From the NCBI RefSeq assembly GCF_009914755.1, contig NC_060927.1: DNA of 64,000 nucleotides. One strand, given 5' to 3'. This document shows, piece after piece, positions 33,385 to 50,272 of the stretch (positions are counted from its first letter, which is position 1; each line of letters starts with the position of its first letter). The stretch comes from the human T2T-CHM13v2.0 reference genome, Homo sapiens. Below the pieces are notes generated by a model. That model worked only from the letters and a program-made list of their open reading frames with translations, was not told the DNA's origin and did not search any database. The translations under genes and the position numbers were made by a program.

Positions 33385-34790
33385 CAAGTTCACACATAAA
33401 ATTAATTATCATAGTGGTTATGGAAGATTGAGATCATTCTAGACTTTGGTGAACTAAATTTTATAAGTTTCCTCCAGCCCTAATTATTGGCAGAGGTGTA
33501 AAAAAGACTACTAATAAGGAGGGAAAATAATTAAGGAAAAGAAATGTTAGTTTTGTGAGATTGTACCTTTTTGGTTTGGCCTTGAATTTAGTGCTTCTTA
33601 AAAGAGTGTGGAAGAAAAGGAAAGACCCTTATCTGTATTGTGAAAGGAAAATAAATCTTGGGGCCCCAGAATCATGAAGCTAAAGGGAAAAGTCAAGCTG
33701 GGAACGGCTTAAGGCAAACCTGCCTCCCGTTCTATTCAAAGTCACCCCTCTGCTCACTGAGATAAATGCATATCTGATTGCCTCCTTTGGAGAGGCTCAT
33801 CAGAAACTCAACAGAATGTAACCATTTGTCTCTCACCCACCTGTGACCTGGAAGCCCCCTCCCCACTTGAGTTGTCCCACCTTTCTGAATGGAACTGATG
33901 TGCATCTTACATATATTGACTGATGTCTCATGTCTCTCTCGAATGCATAAAACCAAGCTATGCCCTGACCACCTTGGGCATGTGTTGTCAGGACCTCCTG
34001 AGGCTGTGTTACGAGTGTGTGGCCTGTGGCCTCAACCTTTGCAAAATAAACTTTCTAAATTAACTGAGACCTGTCTCAGATATTTGGAGTTCACGTTTTG
34101 GTAACCACAGAGGGATTCTGAGTGGAGGTGCTTCTGACCTTTGCCAAATCTCCAACTGGTGCTTGGTACCAGCTTGAGCTATCTTTATGGCTCAAATCAA
34201 CAGGACAATTTGCTGAGGCCTGGAAGGACCCTCTCCAGAGAATTCCTGATTTCCCAAAATTCAGTCATGATCTAAAGTTTATTTTGCTGTACAAGTCCTT
34301 TTTTTTTTTTTTTTTTGGAGTTTTACTTGCTTCCAACACAAGGAAGGTAAGTTTTTCCTGCTTCTATGAAGATGGAAGTCAGGTAACTCCTTTATGGAGT
34401 TTGAACTCGCTTCCAACAGGGAAAACAAATTTCAGATTTCTCCTGCTTCTAGGATGGAGAGCAGTCTTCAGCCTGAGTCCCATCCCTAGGTAAGTAACTG
34501 AATTGGGGTTTGTCTTGGCTAAAGTTAAGATTAACAACCAGCTGGTCTTAATTTCTCCTTACCATTAGAGCACTCAGTGATCATATAAGTTGTGCCATCA
34601 TTTGTTTTGCTTAACTGGTTTTTTTGTTGTTGTTTTGTTTGTTTCTGTTTTTGTTGTTGTTTTGGTCTTTTCCCCATTGGGTTTGATCAACTCTATCTGA
34701 CTTGGTCAAATCTGAAGGAAAGTTCCAAATTATGGGGAACAAGGCCTCTGAAGTGGCTAAATTCCCACAAGAAAAAAAAAAAAAAAGAAA

Positions 34791-35090
34791 GGCCAGGCAC
34801 AGTGGTTCATGCCTGTAATCCCAGCACTTTGGGAGGCTAAGGTGGGCAGATCACGAGGTCAGGAGATGGAGACCATCCTGGCTAACATGGTGAAACCCCA
34901 TCTCTACTAAAAATACGAAAAAAAATTAGCCAGGCGTGGTGGCAGGCACCTGTAGTCCTAGCTACTCAGGAGGCTGAGGCGGGAGAATGGCATGAACCTG
35001 GGAGGCTGAGCTTACAGTGAGCCGAGATCACGCCACTGCACTCCAGCCTGGGTGACAGAGCGAGACTCCATCTCAAAAAAAAAAAAGAAA
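34791..35090 (+). mobile_element. Alu (AluY-like) inside the MER4 internal region
   Basis: 'accatcctggctaac' and 'gagaatggcatgaacc' diagnostics. Confidence 0.9.
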
Positions 35091-35884
35091 AAAGGTGGTG
35101 CGACGTGGGGAGAAAAATAGCCAGAAAAAGGAAAAAAACAAAAACCAAAAATAAAAACAGGAAAGATTTTTGACTACTCAAGGGGCTTTATTTACATAAT
35201 GAAGCCCCTTTTTGCTAGCCAGGCCAAGCTGAAAGAGCAATGGCTGTTGCCCTGCACTGCAGTTCCATAGCAAAAGGTTCTACCTTCTTTTTCTCTATCA
35301 CAACAGCCTGGGTTTGGTTCCTAAATCAAGCCCTTTCTGCTTTGGTACTTGTCACTTCTGAAAGAACAGCATTTTTTTTTTCTAGCTGAAATATGGTAAT
35401 AGATTTTAAAAGATGTTTTAAAAGGAGCTCAATGGTTAAAAGTCAGCTTAATTAAAAGCCAGCATCCAAGATGTATGTGGGTTTGTGTGTGTGTGTGTGT
35501 TTATTTAAAAGGCCTTCATGTTGTTGTTGTTTTTTCTTTCTCCTAGGACCTTGTCTCTTTTTTTGAGCAAAAATGTTTTTCTTCTCAGTTGACTGAATTC
35601 TGTTTTCTTCATTTACTTCTCCTGTCTCTCCTTTCTCTTGCACACGCTACTGCATGACGGACCTAAAATAGTTTATAATAGCCTGGGGTTCCTTAAAGAA
35701 AATGGAGAAAGCACAAGACTCCCTTTGGGGCACAAACTTGTTTTTCCTTATGGAACCACAAGAGTGTAAACAGACAAGTTCATCTCAGCTCTTAAACTGC
35801 TTGCCTTTGTACTGTTACCTGATTTATTGACAAAAATAGTTACTGCAACATAGGCTGCTCTCGGGTTTTTAAGGAAGAGTGTAG

Positions 35885-36222
<338 letters not shown>

Positions 36223-37702
36223 TAAAAGTGTCATGTGGTCTAGCCTCATAATAATTCTGCCTTTTTGGAAACCCAGGGTTCAGTGTGTGCTCTGCCCAGG
36301 GCTCAGAGATCCAGTTAAAAGATAAGTAGTCCCTATCTAAATAAAATTGGTCTCCTCATACAATTCTATGATAGATTTGCATAATTTTATGTTTGATTTG
36401 GCATCCATCTTGAATATCCCTCCAGCAATACCAGGCTTTCTCTCTCTCTACTTTGAGAAGTAAATTTTGCTATCTGATTTTTCACCCAAGAGTTGTTTCC
36501 TTCAATTGCAAATTTAGGGCTAATTAGCTGAAATAGGTTATCAAGAGTTTGCAAGTCTATGATAGGAAAAAAGGTAGGTTTTAGGGATCTATAATATGTG
36601 CTTCTATTGGTATGCTTAATAAATCTATGTATTTATGTGTTGTGTACACAATGTTTCACTACTAAAAATATATAAAAGAGCTCTAATCAATTGGCTTAAA
36701 GAAAAATAAAAGCACTTAAATCAAGTATTTTATCAAAAAAAAGGAAAGACTAGTTAAATGCTTTTTCTAGTTTCTGTGACTTAAGTAAAATCTTTAATAA
36801 ATAAGCTAGCTTTAAAAGTATTGGTAAAGTAATATTAAAAATGTCTTAAGAATTGCCAGCATACAGTTTTGTTTGCATTTATTGATCAAGCAATTTCAAA
36901 CTTATCCCTGCCAAATGCTATAAGGTGTCAAAATTTGGCATAGGGGGTTACAAAACTATAAACCCAGCTCAAAACAGAATGATCTTTGCTTGTGTCATTT
37001 TTAAATAAGTAAGACATTGATATTGGTTTAATGAAGATAGCTACTTCTTGAATTATTTAGTAAAATTATGGTAACTTCTAATCTCATGGCTTTAGGCAGT
37101 CTTGTCCACAGGCAGTAAGGAAATTTGTTTTGGGAAAGGACAGTTATCAACTTTGTTTCAAAGTAAACTATAAACTAAGTTCCTCCAAAAGTCCCGGAAT
37201 GAACAAGGACAGCTTGGAGGTTAGAAGCACGATGGAGTCAGTTAGAGCAAATCTTTTTTGTTGTCTTAGTTAGAATCTTGCAATGACGAGTTTTGTAACT
37301 TTAAATGATGACTATCACAGTTTTCATAAATAATCTAGGTAAATGATTAAAATAAAATAATTAGGTAAATGTCATGGGATAAATACCTATAGACAAACTT
37401 GTGATAATTTAGAATCTAAAGTTAAATTAAATAATAGATATTTCATTATTTGGGTTTTTCCAAAAAAAAAAATTGTAGGAAAACATTCTTTCTAAAAAAA
37501 ATGGCCTTTGTAAAAAGGTGAACAATTTTTGTCTAATTCAAAGTTCATTTAAAGATTATGTATAAAACAAGATAAAAGGAACTGGGAAATAAGAGAGATG
37601 TAAAGAAAGTTATAGAAATAAGGAGGTATTTTTTTTGTAAGAAAGCTTAAAGAGAAATAATTTTATATGAGAAAGAATCTTGTATGGTAAATTTAGTCCT
37701 AG

Positions 37703-38109
<407 letters not shown>

Positions 38110-39885
38110 AACAAAACTTTTATATGATCGAGTTGTCTATAACTACAGAGAAATTACAATGTTATAGAGATTGGCTTTGATGTAAAAAATACACTTACAC
38201 ACTAAATAGTTGATTAGAGCAATAAAATTTTCTTAAGGGATTGATTTACTCTTAGTAAATTATAGGAGATTTTAATTTTTTTAAAACCAAAGTTCAACTT
38301 TTATTGCATCTTGCCGTTTTCAGTTTTCACTCCCCTTTGAAAAGGCATGAAATAGTAACGCTCTCCTTCAACTCATTTTCGGCTCATATAAGTTTTTTTT
38401 CCCTCAACTTCTTTCTGTTGTGGCCTGATGCTAACAATGTTTTCTTAAAAGTCTAAAGGAAATGTTTTCTTCCAACATAATATTCTGTGCACTACAGAAG
38501 GTCTCTTCTTTTGTCTTTTGGTAACTGGCTTAACAGATTTTGTCTTTTATCAAAATAATCCCTATGCCATTATTGTTAAGTTTTGGTTTGCTTAGAAAAT
38601 AACTGAGATTAAAACTTTTTTTTTAAATTAAGGTTATTACATCCATGTATCTTTCTATATGTGCTTTTAAAGTCCTTGTGATATAGAGTACAGGGCTTTG
38701 AGTCCTGGGTCTGAAAAGGACATGAAGTCCTGCTAACTCTTAAATACTGGCAGTAATTAAAGCCTCATCTTCAGGCTCAGTAAAAGAAGCCAATCAAAAT
38801 AAACTGCATTTATTTGCATTTTATTTTGCAAACACAGGGCCAGAAATTAAAGCTGTTCAATTCCTCAAAGGCCAGGGACTATCAGAGAAGAGGTGTGTGT
38901 GAGATTGTAAGGGCCAATGTCGAGTGATAAAATAAGCTCAGTTTCTCTATAAATTAACCATTAATGTCAAAGGCACACTAAGGCAAGACCAGCATATGGG
39001 TGCCTGTGTCAGATTAACATTTTCTTGAAGCATTAACTGACTCCCAAATAAAGGCTATAAAGGTTATAAAAGGCCTATGGAAGTTACAGCTTATGGTCAA
39101 GATTAAAACTTTATAGATTGTTCATGAAATTTTGGAAGTCAAATTTGATTGGCTTCATGCTGTTTTTATTAGGGCTTATTGTTTGGAAAATTAAGTCTCC
39201 TCTCAAAGAATGAAGGTTTTCACCTTTTTTTGAAGTTCTTGAGTTATCACTCTGGTTAAATGAATGATTTATTTACAATAACCTGTGATCCTATTTTGTG
39301 ATATCAAGTGTTTTAAACCTTTGATATTTGACAAACTTTCCAAAGTCAAATTATAAACTATGTCTTTTACTGACCTAGTTAATCCTGTAAGATATTAGAT
39401 TCCTAGGGGGAAATGTGAAAGGAAAAGAAATCTTGGGGCCCCCAAAATCACTAAGCTAAACGGAAAAGTCAAGCTGGGAGTGGCTTAGGGCAAACCTGCC
39501 TCCCATTCTATGCAGTCATCCCTCCATTCACTGAGATAAATGCATATCTAATTGCCTCCTTTGGAAAGGCTAATCAGAAACTCAAAAGAATGCAACCATT
39601 TGACTCTCACCTACCTGTGACCTGGAAGCTCCCTCTTTGCTTGAGTTGTCCTGCTTTTCTGGATGGAACCAATGTTCATCTTACATATATTGATTGATGT
39701 CTCATGTCTCCCTAAAATGTATAAAACCAAGCTGTGCCCTGACCACCTTGGGCACATGTCGTCAGGACCTCCTGAGGCTGTGCCACAGGCATGCAGCCTC
39801 AACCTTGGCAAAATAAACTTTCTAAATTAACTGAGACCAGTCTCAGATATTCAGCATTCACAGTATCCAAAAATCCAATCACATC

Positions 39886-40608
39886 TGAAACTGCCTTTGC
39901 AAAAATTATCACAGTGAGAAAAAAATGGCAGTGAAAGAGATCTGACCTGGCCAACCTCCCTCTTGCCTTTAGCCTTCAAGCTGCTTTTAATTATTCCTGG
40001 GTTTAAGCCAAGCTACATGTGGGAGTCATTTAGTTTATAGTTTAAATGATAGTAACCCTTCCCTCAAACTCAACCAGCCTTGTAACACTGAGAGACCACC
40101 AGGCTAGGAGGAGGAGATGAACCTAAATTCTGCTAAGGTGTAGACATAAACAACTGTGAGGCATTATTCCAGAAGCCACAAGATATGCAACTTCCTCAGT
40201 TACCCCTGCAGATAATGTTACTTTTGTAGAACCTAGGATTGGCCTTCTGAGATATCTTCTCAGGATTTTTTGCATGTCTGATGACCGATGGCTCCACCGG
40301 GACCAGCTAGTGGCTTCTGTTTCCCCACCCAGAAGCAACTCAGAGAAAGAGGACAGCTTTGACGCCCTATGATTTCATCTCTGACCCAATCAGCACTCCC
40401 CATACCCTAGCCCACTACCTACCAAATTACCTTTGAAAAATCCCTAACCTCCAAGACTTAGATGAGTTTGATTTGAGTAATAACTCTGCCTCCCACATGA
40501 TGTGGCTGGCATCATATCAATTAACCTCTTTCTTTACCGCAATGCCATGGTCTCCATGAACTGATTTTTTTTGTGCAGTGGGCAGGAAGAACCCATGGGG
40601 CAGTTACA
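39886..40608 (+). mobile_element. Solo ERV1 LTR (LTR8-like)
   Basis: TGAAACTGCCTTTGCAAAA...GGGCAGTTACA; 4-bp TSD CATC at 39882-39885 and 40609-40612. Confidence 0.75.
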
Positions 40609-40708
40609 CATCTTGAAAGAGAAGCTCTTCCTGTGAGGTACATCAACTGTGGTTAAGAATCTTACGTACTTATCATTTTTTGTTGTTGTGAGAACATTTA
40701 ACATCTAC

Positions 40709-43112
<2,404 letters not shown>

Positions 43113-43899
43113 CGTTTGCTGTCTCTCTTCACTAGGAGAGTTGTTCCATGAAGGCCGGGATCTCTTTTACTGAGTGATGTATTCCAAGTGCCTGGAGCAA
43201 TGTCTGGCATGTAGAAGGAATTCCGTACGTGCATTAAATTAATGAACTAGCCTCCTACGCTCATTCAAGGTCAGAGCTGAGTTTGGCTAAAATATGGCCC
43301 AGGAACTTTCTGCATAAGACTCTTATGGCCCCCAGGGCTAACAGTCATCTGCCCAGGCTTGTAAATTTCCCAAATACCGAGGAAAATGGTCCAAAATTCA
43401 GCAAACCCAGGGAAGCTCTCAGCCAGGCTTCCTTTCCAGGGATTCCTCACTTCCTCATCTGCAACAGGCTGGGGTGGACTCACTTGCTGCTGGAATGAGG
43501 AAGCCCCTATCCCTGCGGGGGCGGGGCTGGAGGAGGGCTGGGGTGGCTGAGAGGAGCTGCATTGGTGCTTAGTCTCTTCTCCATCTTCCCTTGGGCTAAG
43601 CCTCACAGTGGGTCGCAGCTACTAGATGGGGTCTAAGAGAATACAGTCCTTGCTGTGGCCCTGCCCTCCTCTCCCTACCTGACTCCTCCTGGGGGGAGTC
43701 CTTGTCTCATTTGATAAGCAAAGAGCTGGGGCTGAGTGGAGGATGGAAGGGGCTCAGCCTACAGATCAATGGTGTCCAAGATCCCCACCCCAAGTGCTGG
43801 GTTTTGTCCCCTATGGACCCCCCTCAGCCTCTTCTGGGGAGTCTTCCTCCTCCTATTCCCTCCCATTCCCTCCTTCTTCCCAGCAGCACAGCCCAGAGC

Positions 43900-44183
43900 A
43901 GAGTAAATTTCTGGAAGACAATGTCACGCCCAACGCAGAACCCCAGACCATGGGGCCAAAAGGACCCTGTAGATCATGTTGACGGAGGCCCAGAGAGGGC
44001 AGATAACTTGTATGTTCACACAGCTTCTTGGTCAGTGTTAAGAGTAAATTTCTGGAAGACAATGTCACACACACAATGCAGAACCCCAGACCACAGGGCC
44101 AAAAGGACCTTGTAGATCATGTTGATGGAGGCCCAGAGAGGGCAGATAACTTGTACGTTCACACAGCTCCTGGGTCAGTGTTA
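43900..44183. repeat. Tandem duplication, 2 copies of about 141 bp
   Basis: 'agagtaaatttctggaagacaatgtcac...ggtcagtgtta' at 43900-44040 and 44041-44183. Confidence 0.92.
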
Positions 44184-44184
44184 A

Positions 44185-44691
<507 letters not shown>

Positions 44692-45491
44692 TGATTCCCT
44701 GATGCGGATCCAGCAGGCTTTCTTCTACCCAAGAGCTGCCTTCATCAGCGCTCCTGCCCTGAAATTCCCAAGCTACCTTGTCTGGTCACTGGCCAGTGGC
44801 CATAACAGTTCACGTCCGTGGCACATGGAGGGAGTAAGATTCTTCTCTAGGGAGTTTGGAAATATATTTGGTAACTGCATGTCCCTTCTCATGGCTGAAT
44901 CTCTAGCTTGGCTGAGTCATCACCCTCAGGCGTCCTCTCTTCCTAGGCCTTGAGACCAGATGAGTGCACTCATCTTTTCCCTCTTCCCAGCTAGTCTCTT
45001 CTCCAGCCCCGTGCCTTTGGCCTGGCCAATGTTCCTGGCTTTGACTGGGATGCAGAATCACAGGATGATGAAGATGGAAGGATGTTAGCAATTAGAGTTG
45101 TCCCATTCTGGGGAGCCGTCTCTTCTCCCCAACGCTTGAGGATCAGAATGGATGTCGGGGTTCTCGCTCATTTACTGAGCACCTAAGATGTATATATTTT
45201 TGATAAGCATCAGCTGTGTAGCAGGCACTGTGTAAGAGCTTTACTATCGCATGTGATCCTCACGACAACAGCCCAGCGAGGTAGGTTTATCCATTTACAG
45301 AGCAGGAAGTGAAGGTTCAGCCTGGCTCTGAAATTTGCCCTCAGTGATAGAGCTAATCATGCCCAGGACCAGGAATGAAACCCAGGTCTGACTCAAAGCC
45401 CAAGCTCCAGGCACGGGAGGGGGTGATGGTGAAACGTGACCTCCTGTGGCCTTCCCAGCACAAGACTGAGGGGTCGATGAGGAAGTGATTT

Positions 45492-45785
<294 letters not shown>

Positions 45786-46281
45786 GCTACTGATTCCACA
45801 TCTTCAAATTAAATTTCAGTGGAGTGTTTACTGGGCAAGGAAGGCAGGGGGGTCAGCTTGCTGACAGCCTCAGCCTGCACATTTGTGATCACTTGGCCAC
45901 ATCCTGGAAACTACTCAGTCACACACCTGGGCAGGAGGCTGCCCCTCCTCCCCGGTTTGAGGAAGCAGGAAAAGGTACCCGCGAGAGACAGCCAGCAGTT
46001 CTGTGGAGCAGCGGTGGCCGGCTAGGATGGGCTCTCTCTGGGGTCTGGCTCTGCCCCTTTTCTTCTTCTGCTGGGAGGTTGGGGTCTCTGGGAGCTCTGC
46101 AGGTAAGGAGGCCTAGAAGGGCCTGGTGGGCCTCTCCCCTAGTAGGGCTCTGGGAGTGAATTTCAGTATGAGCCACCCTTCATGGGCAAGGGCAGGCTCT
46201 CTCGGGTTGATTATAATGAACCACAGTGCTACCTGTGAAGTGCTATTATTGTTGATAAAGAGTGTGCAAATGACGGTGTGA

Positions 46282-46386
46282 GTGAGTGTAAGCGTGCATG
46301 GCGCTGCAGTACACACTAATCAACCATGACCATGAGTGTGAGTGTAAGCGTGCCTGGCGCTGCAGTACACACTAATCAACCATGAC
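46282..46386. repeat. Direct repeat, period 56 bp, 2 copies
   Basis: 'gtgagtgtaagcgtgc(a/c)tggcgctgcagtacacactaatcaaccatgac' twice. Confidence 0.9.
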
Positions 46387-46741
46387 GCTGCCATCGTAAG
46401 GGGTGGCTGAGAGTTTCTGTTTATGAACGTGGGACAGTAAGTGGGGCACGGAGCGGGGGTGCAGGGAGGTGCCAGCTGGTGATCATTGTGCAGAAAGCTG
46501 AAGAATGTGGCTTAACAAGATTCTGACTCCTCCCAGTTTATTACCTAGCATGGATTTCCTTCAAAATACAGATTTCCTGTGAAAAGTCCAACTGCCACAA
46601 ACTGCTTGGGAAGGGTGGATGCTGACAGGCAGGGCTTTTGTGAAAGACGGGAATGAACCCTGACCTGTCGCTAATAGGAGTTGTGCCAAACTCATCACAT
46701 ACATTAAAAAATAGAAAAGGATTTATTATTTTTTTTTTTTA

Positions 46742-47073
<332 letters not shown>

Positions 47074-48516
47074 GCTGCAGTGGAGAGTCTGGAGTTCCCA
47101 TCCCCACCACTCACAGCCTCCCCCATCATCAGCGTCCCCCACCAGAGTGGCACATTTGTTAGGACTGAGGAACCTACTTTGACGCATCATTATCATACAT
47201 TGTATTTTTAATCCTCACAACGGCCCTGCAAGATCGGCCCTGTTCTTACCACCCCCCACCTCCACTGCTTTAAGGGTGAGGCCACTGTGCTTCTGGGCAT
47301 CCAGTAACAACTCCTCGGAGCCAGGATCTGACTCCTCACAGGCCTGAGCACTGCAGCCCGTGGCCTCCTGCCTGTGCTCACCGTGGCCTGGTCTGCGCTG
47401 CACGTGTCCCGTTAGCTCCACCTTACAGGTGCGGAAATGCAGGCTTGGAGCTGAGAGACTTGGCCAGGGTCACAGGGCAGAGAGCAGATTCTCCAACTCA
47501 GGGTCCCAAGTCCACACGCTTTCCTCTCCACCAGATTTGAAGATTGTACCAGGAGAGCCGCAGTGTTCCAGAGCTACTGAGGGGGCTGGGCTGGGATTTG
47601 CTGTATTCGAGAAGACCCCCTTGGACCCGAGAGGCTGTGGGCTTGGGGAGCATGAGGAGGTTTCACAGCAGAAAGGACACCCCGGGGCTCCTGGATAAGC
47701 CAGAAAATGTGCCAGGGGAAGTCGGGCTCCAAGGGCACCACTCTGGGCTTCCAGCTGTGTGGGCTGGACCAAGAAGGCTCAGAGAAATGATCTCAGGCTT
47801 GAAGTGGGGAGAAGAAACTGTATTATGAAGGCAGACGAACAGTTCCTGCAAAAGTGAGATTTGTGTGTGCAGCTGGGCCGCACTGGACCAGGGATGAGAG
47901 TGGGTGCCCGGGACTCGCCTATACTGCCTGGGGGTGCAGCCCGCACTCCTCACTATAGTCAAATCGACTATGCGTGCTTTCCAGGGGCCTGGGAGAGGAC
48001 TCCATGTGGAGGGATGCTTACCTTGTGGGCTTTGGAATATAAGCCCTTTCATCTTCTCCGCTGGTCCTCATCACCTTGGCAAGGCAGGTATTGTGACCCT
48101 GTTTTCTCAGGTGAGGACATGGAGGCTGGGAGGGGTCTAGAGACTGGCCTGGCTAGTAGGAGGCTGAGTCAGGATTTGAACCAGCAGATCATCTGACCCC
48201 AGAGCCGGTCGTGGGCGGCACAGCGGGAGCTGCAACCGAGGCTCTTGACTCCTGCCTCATCATTCCCTGAGGTCCACAGGACAACCAGCTGGGGACCTGG
48301 GGCCCCATCCTGATGCCCTGGGGAGAGGTGCTAGGCCCCTTTTGGGTCTATGGGCTACTTTTGGGCCAGTGGAGCTGGGTAAAGACCATCTCAAACCCTG
48401 TGCCAGGGGAGGTCAGACTCCAAGAGCGCCACCTTTGGGCTTCCAGCTGTGTGGGCTGCACCAAGAAGGCTCAGAGAATTAGGGGGTTCGTATTTGATCC
48501 TTTTCCTTCCAAGACT

Positions 48517-48709
48517 GGGATTACCAGATAAAACACAGGGCATCCAGTTACATTTGAATTTCAGGTAACAATTTTTTTTTAAGTGTAAGTACGTAGCCAA
48601 TATTGCATGAGAAATACTCATGCTAAAAAGTTATTCGTCGTTTATCTGAAATGCGAGTTCAAATTTAACCGAGTACCCTGTATTTTTATTTGCTAAATCT
48701 AGAAACCCT
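48517..48709. mobile_element. MER53-like palindromic MITE
   Basis: GGGATTACCAGATAAAA...TTTGAATTTCAG...CTGAAAT...TCAAATTTAAC...AATCTAGAAACCCT; imperfect long inverted repeat. Confidence 0.75.
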
Positions 48710-50158
48710 CTCCAAGAGGCTCCTTGGCCCACTCACAGGGAGAGCCCGATCTCCCTCTAGACAGGGGAGGCCCCCTTTCTCAGGCCAGAAAAGATCTTGT
48801 AGTAAACTACTCAAGAGGCTGAGGCAGGAGGATCGCTTGAGCCCAGGAATTCAAGACCTGCCTGGGCAACAGAGCAAGACCCTGTCTCTAGGGAAGATAT
48901 CCTACCGTAGCCTCCCTCGGGGACTCCCATTCCTCCCACCTCAGGGCCAGTCAAGGGAACAGGCCTCTGCTCTAGGCAGAAGTGCCGGCAGCCGCTCTCT
49001 GAAAAGCTAGGTGTTGCCTCAGGGGCTCCCGGTGTCCTGTGGAAAATGCCTGGCCACGGTTTCCATGGTTCCCAGGCTCCAACCCTGCAGTTCTCAGCCC
49101 TCATTCAGGAGGGGCCTCGGCAGGGTGGGGGGTGCCGTCTTTCCCTTGCCGGAGCCCCAAGGACTCTGCCGGCTCCCTCGCTTTGGCAGCAGCACTGCCC
49201 ACCCTGTCTCTGGAGGTTCCCCCGCCTCAATCCACCCAGCTACCCCAAAAGGCACAATCATAGGCCTTTCTCGTCTTTTAAGGGTTTTTACTTCCATGGG
49301 GAACTATGTGTTGGATGAGAAAAGTATCCGGGGAAGGCGACAGAGGTTCAGAAAGCTCTGCGAGTCCTGGACGCTGGTCTGCCTTCTTGGCTCACCCTGG
49401 AAGGTGGACGCTGGCCCCACACATCCCCTCTTAAAGACGCAGGCCGATAGCCAGCAGATCCTGGGGCTTGCTGGCCCCAAGTGAGTTGTCAGCGTTTCAG
49501 AGGACGCCAGTCATGGCAACCCCAGCTCCATGGCTGCCACACAGGCCTGGGCTTCCCAGGACTGCCTCCTTCTTGTTCGCTTATGTAGATGAAAAATGAG
49601 GTAACGGCACTCCCCTGCCCCACCCTCCTCCCAGAAGTGCCCAGGGTGTAAACGCAATAGCTTGTGTGAAGTCCACTGGAACCCAGGCTCACCAAGTCAG
49701 TCTTAACCAACACAGGCCCCAGCACCCGCAGAGCAGACACTGCGATGACAACGGACGACACAGAAGTGCCCGCTATGACTCTAGCACCGGGCCACGCCGC
49801 TCTGGAAACTCAAACGCTGAGCGCTGAGACCTCTTCTAGGGCCTCAACCCCAGCCGGCCCCATTCCAGAAGCAGAGACCAGGGGAGCCAAGAGAATTTCC
49901 CCTGCAAGAGAGACCAGGAGTTTCACAAAAACATCTCCCAACTTCATGGTGCTGATCGCCACCTCCGTGGAGACATCAGCCGCCAGTGGCAGCCCCGAGG
50001 GAGCTGGAATGACCACAGTTCAGACCATCACAGGCAGTGATCCCAGGGAAGCCATCTTTGACACCCTTTGCACCGATGACATCTCTGAAGAGGCAAAGAC
50101 ACTCACAATGGACATATTGACATTGGCTCACACCTCCACAGAAGCTAAGGGCCTGTCC

Positions 50159-50272
50159 TCAGAGAGCAGTGCCTCTTCCGACGGCCCCCATCCAGTCATC
50201 ACCCCGTCACGGGCCTCAGAGAGCAGCGCCTCTTCCGACGGCCCCCATCCAGTCATCACCCCCTCATGGTCC
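50159..50272 (+). repeat. MUC20 57-bp (19-aa) mucin tandem repeat, 2 copies
   Basis: tcagagagcag(t/c)gcctcttccgacggcccccatccagtcatcacccc... twice. Confidence 0.93.
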
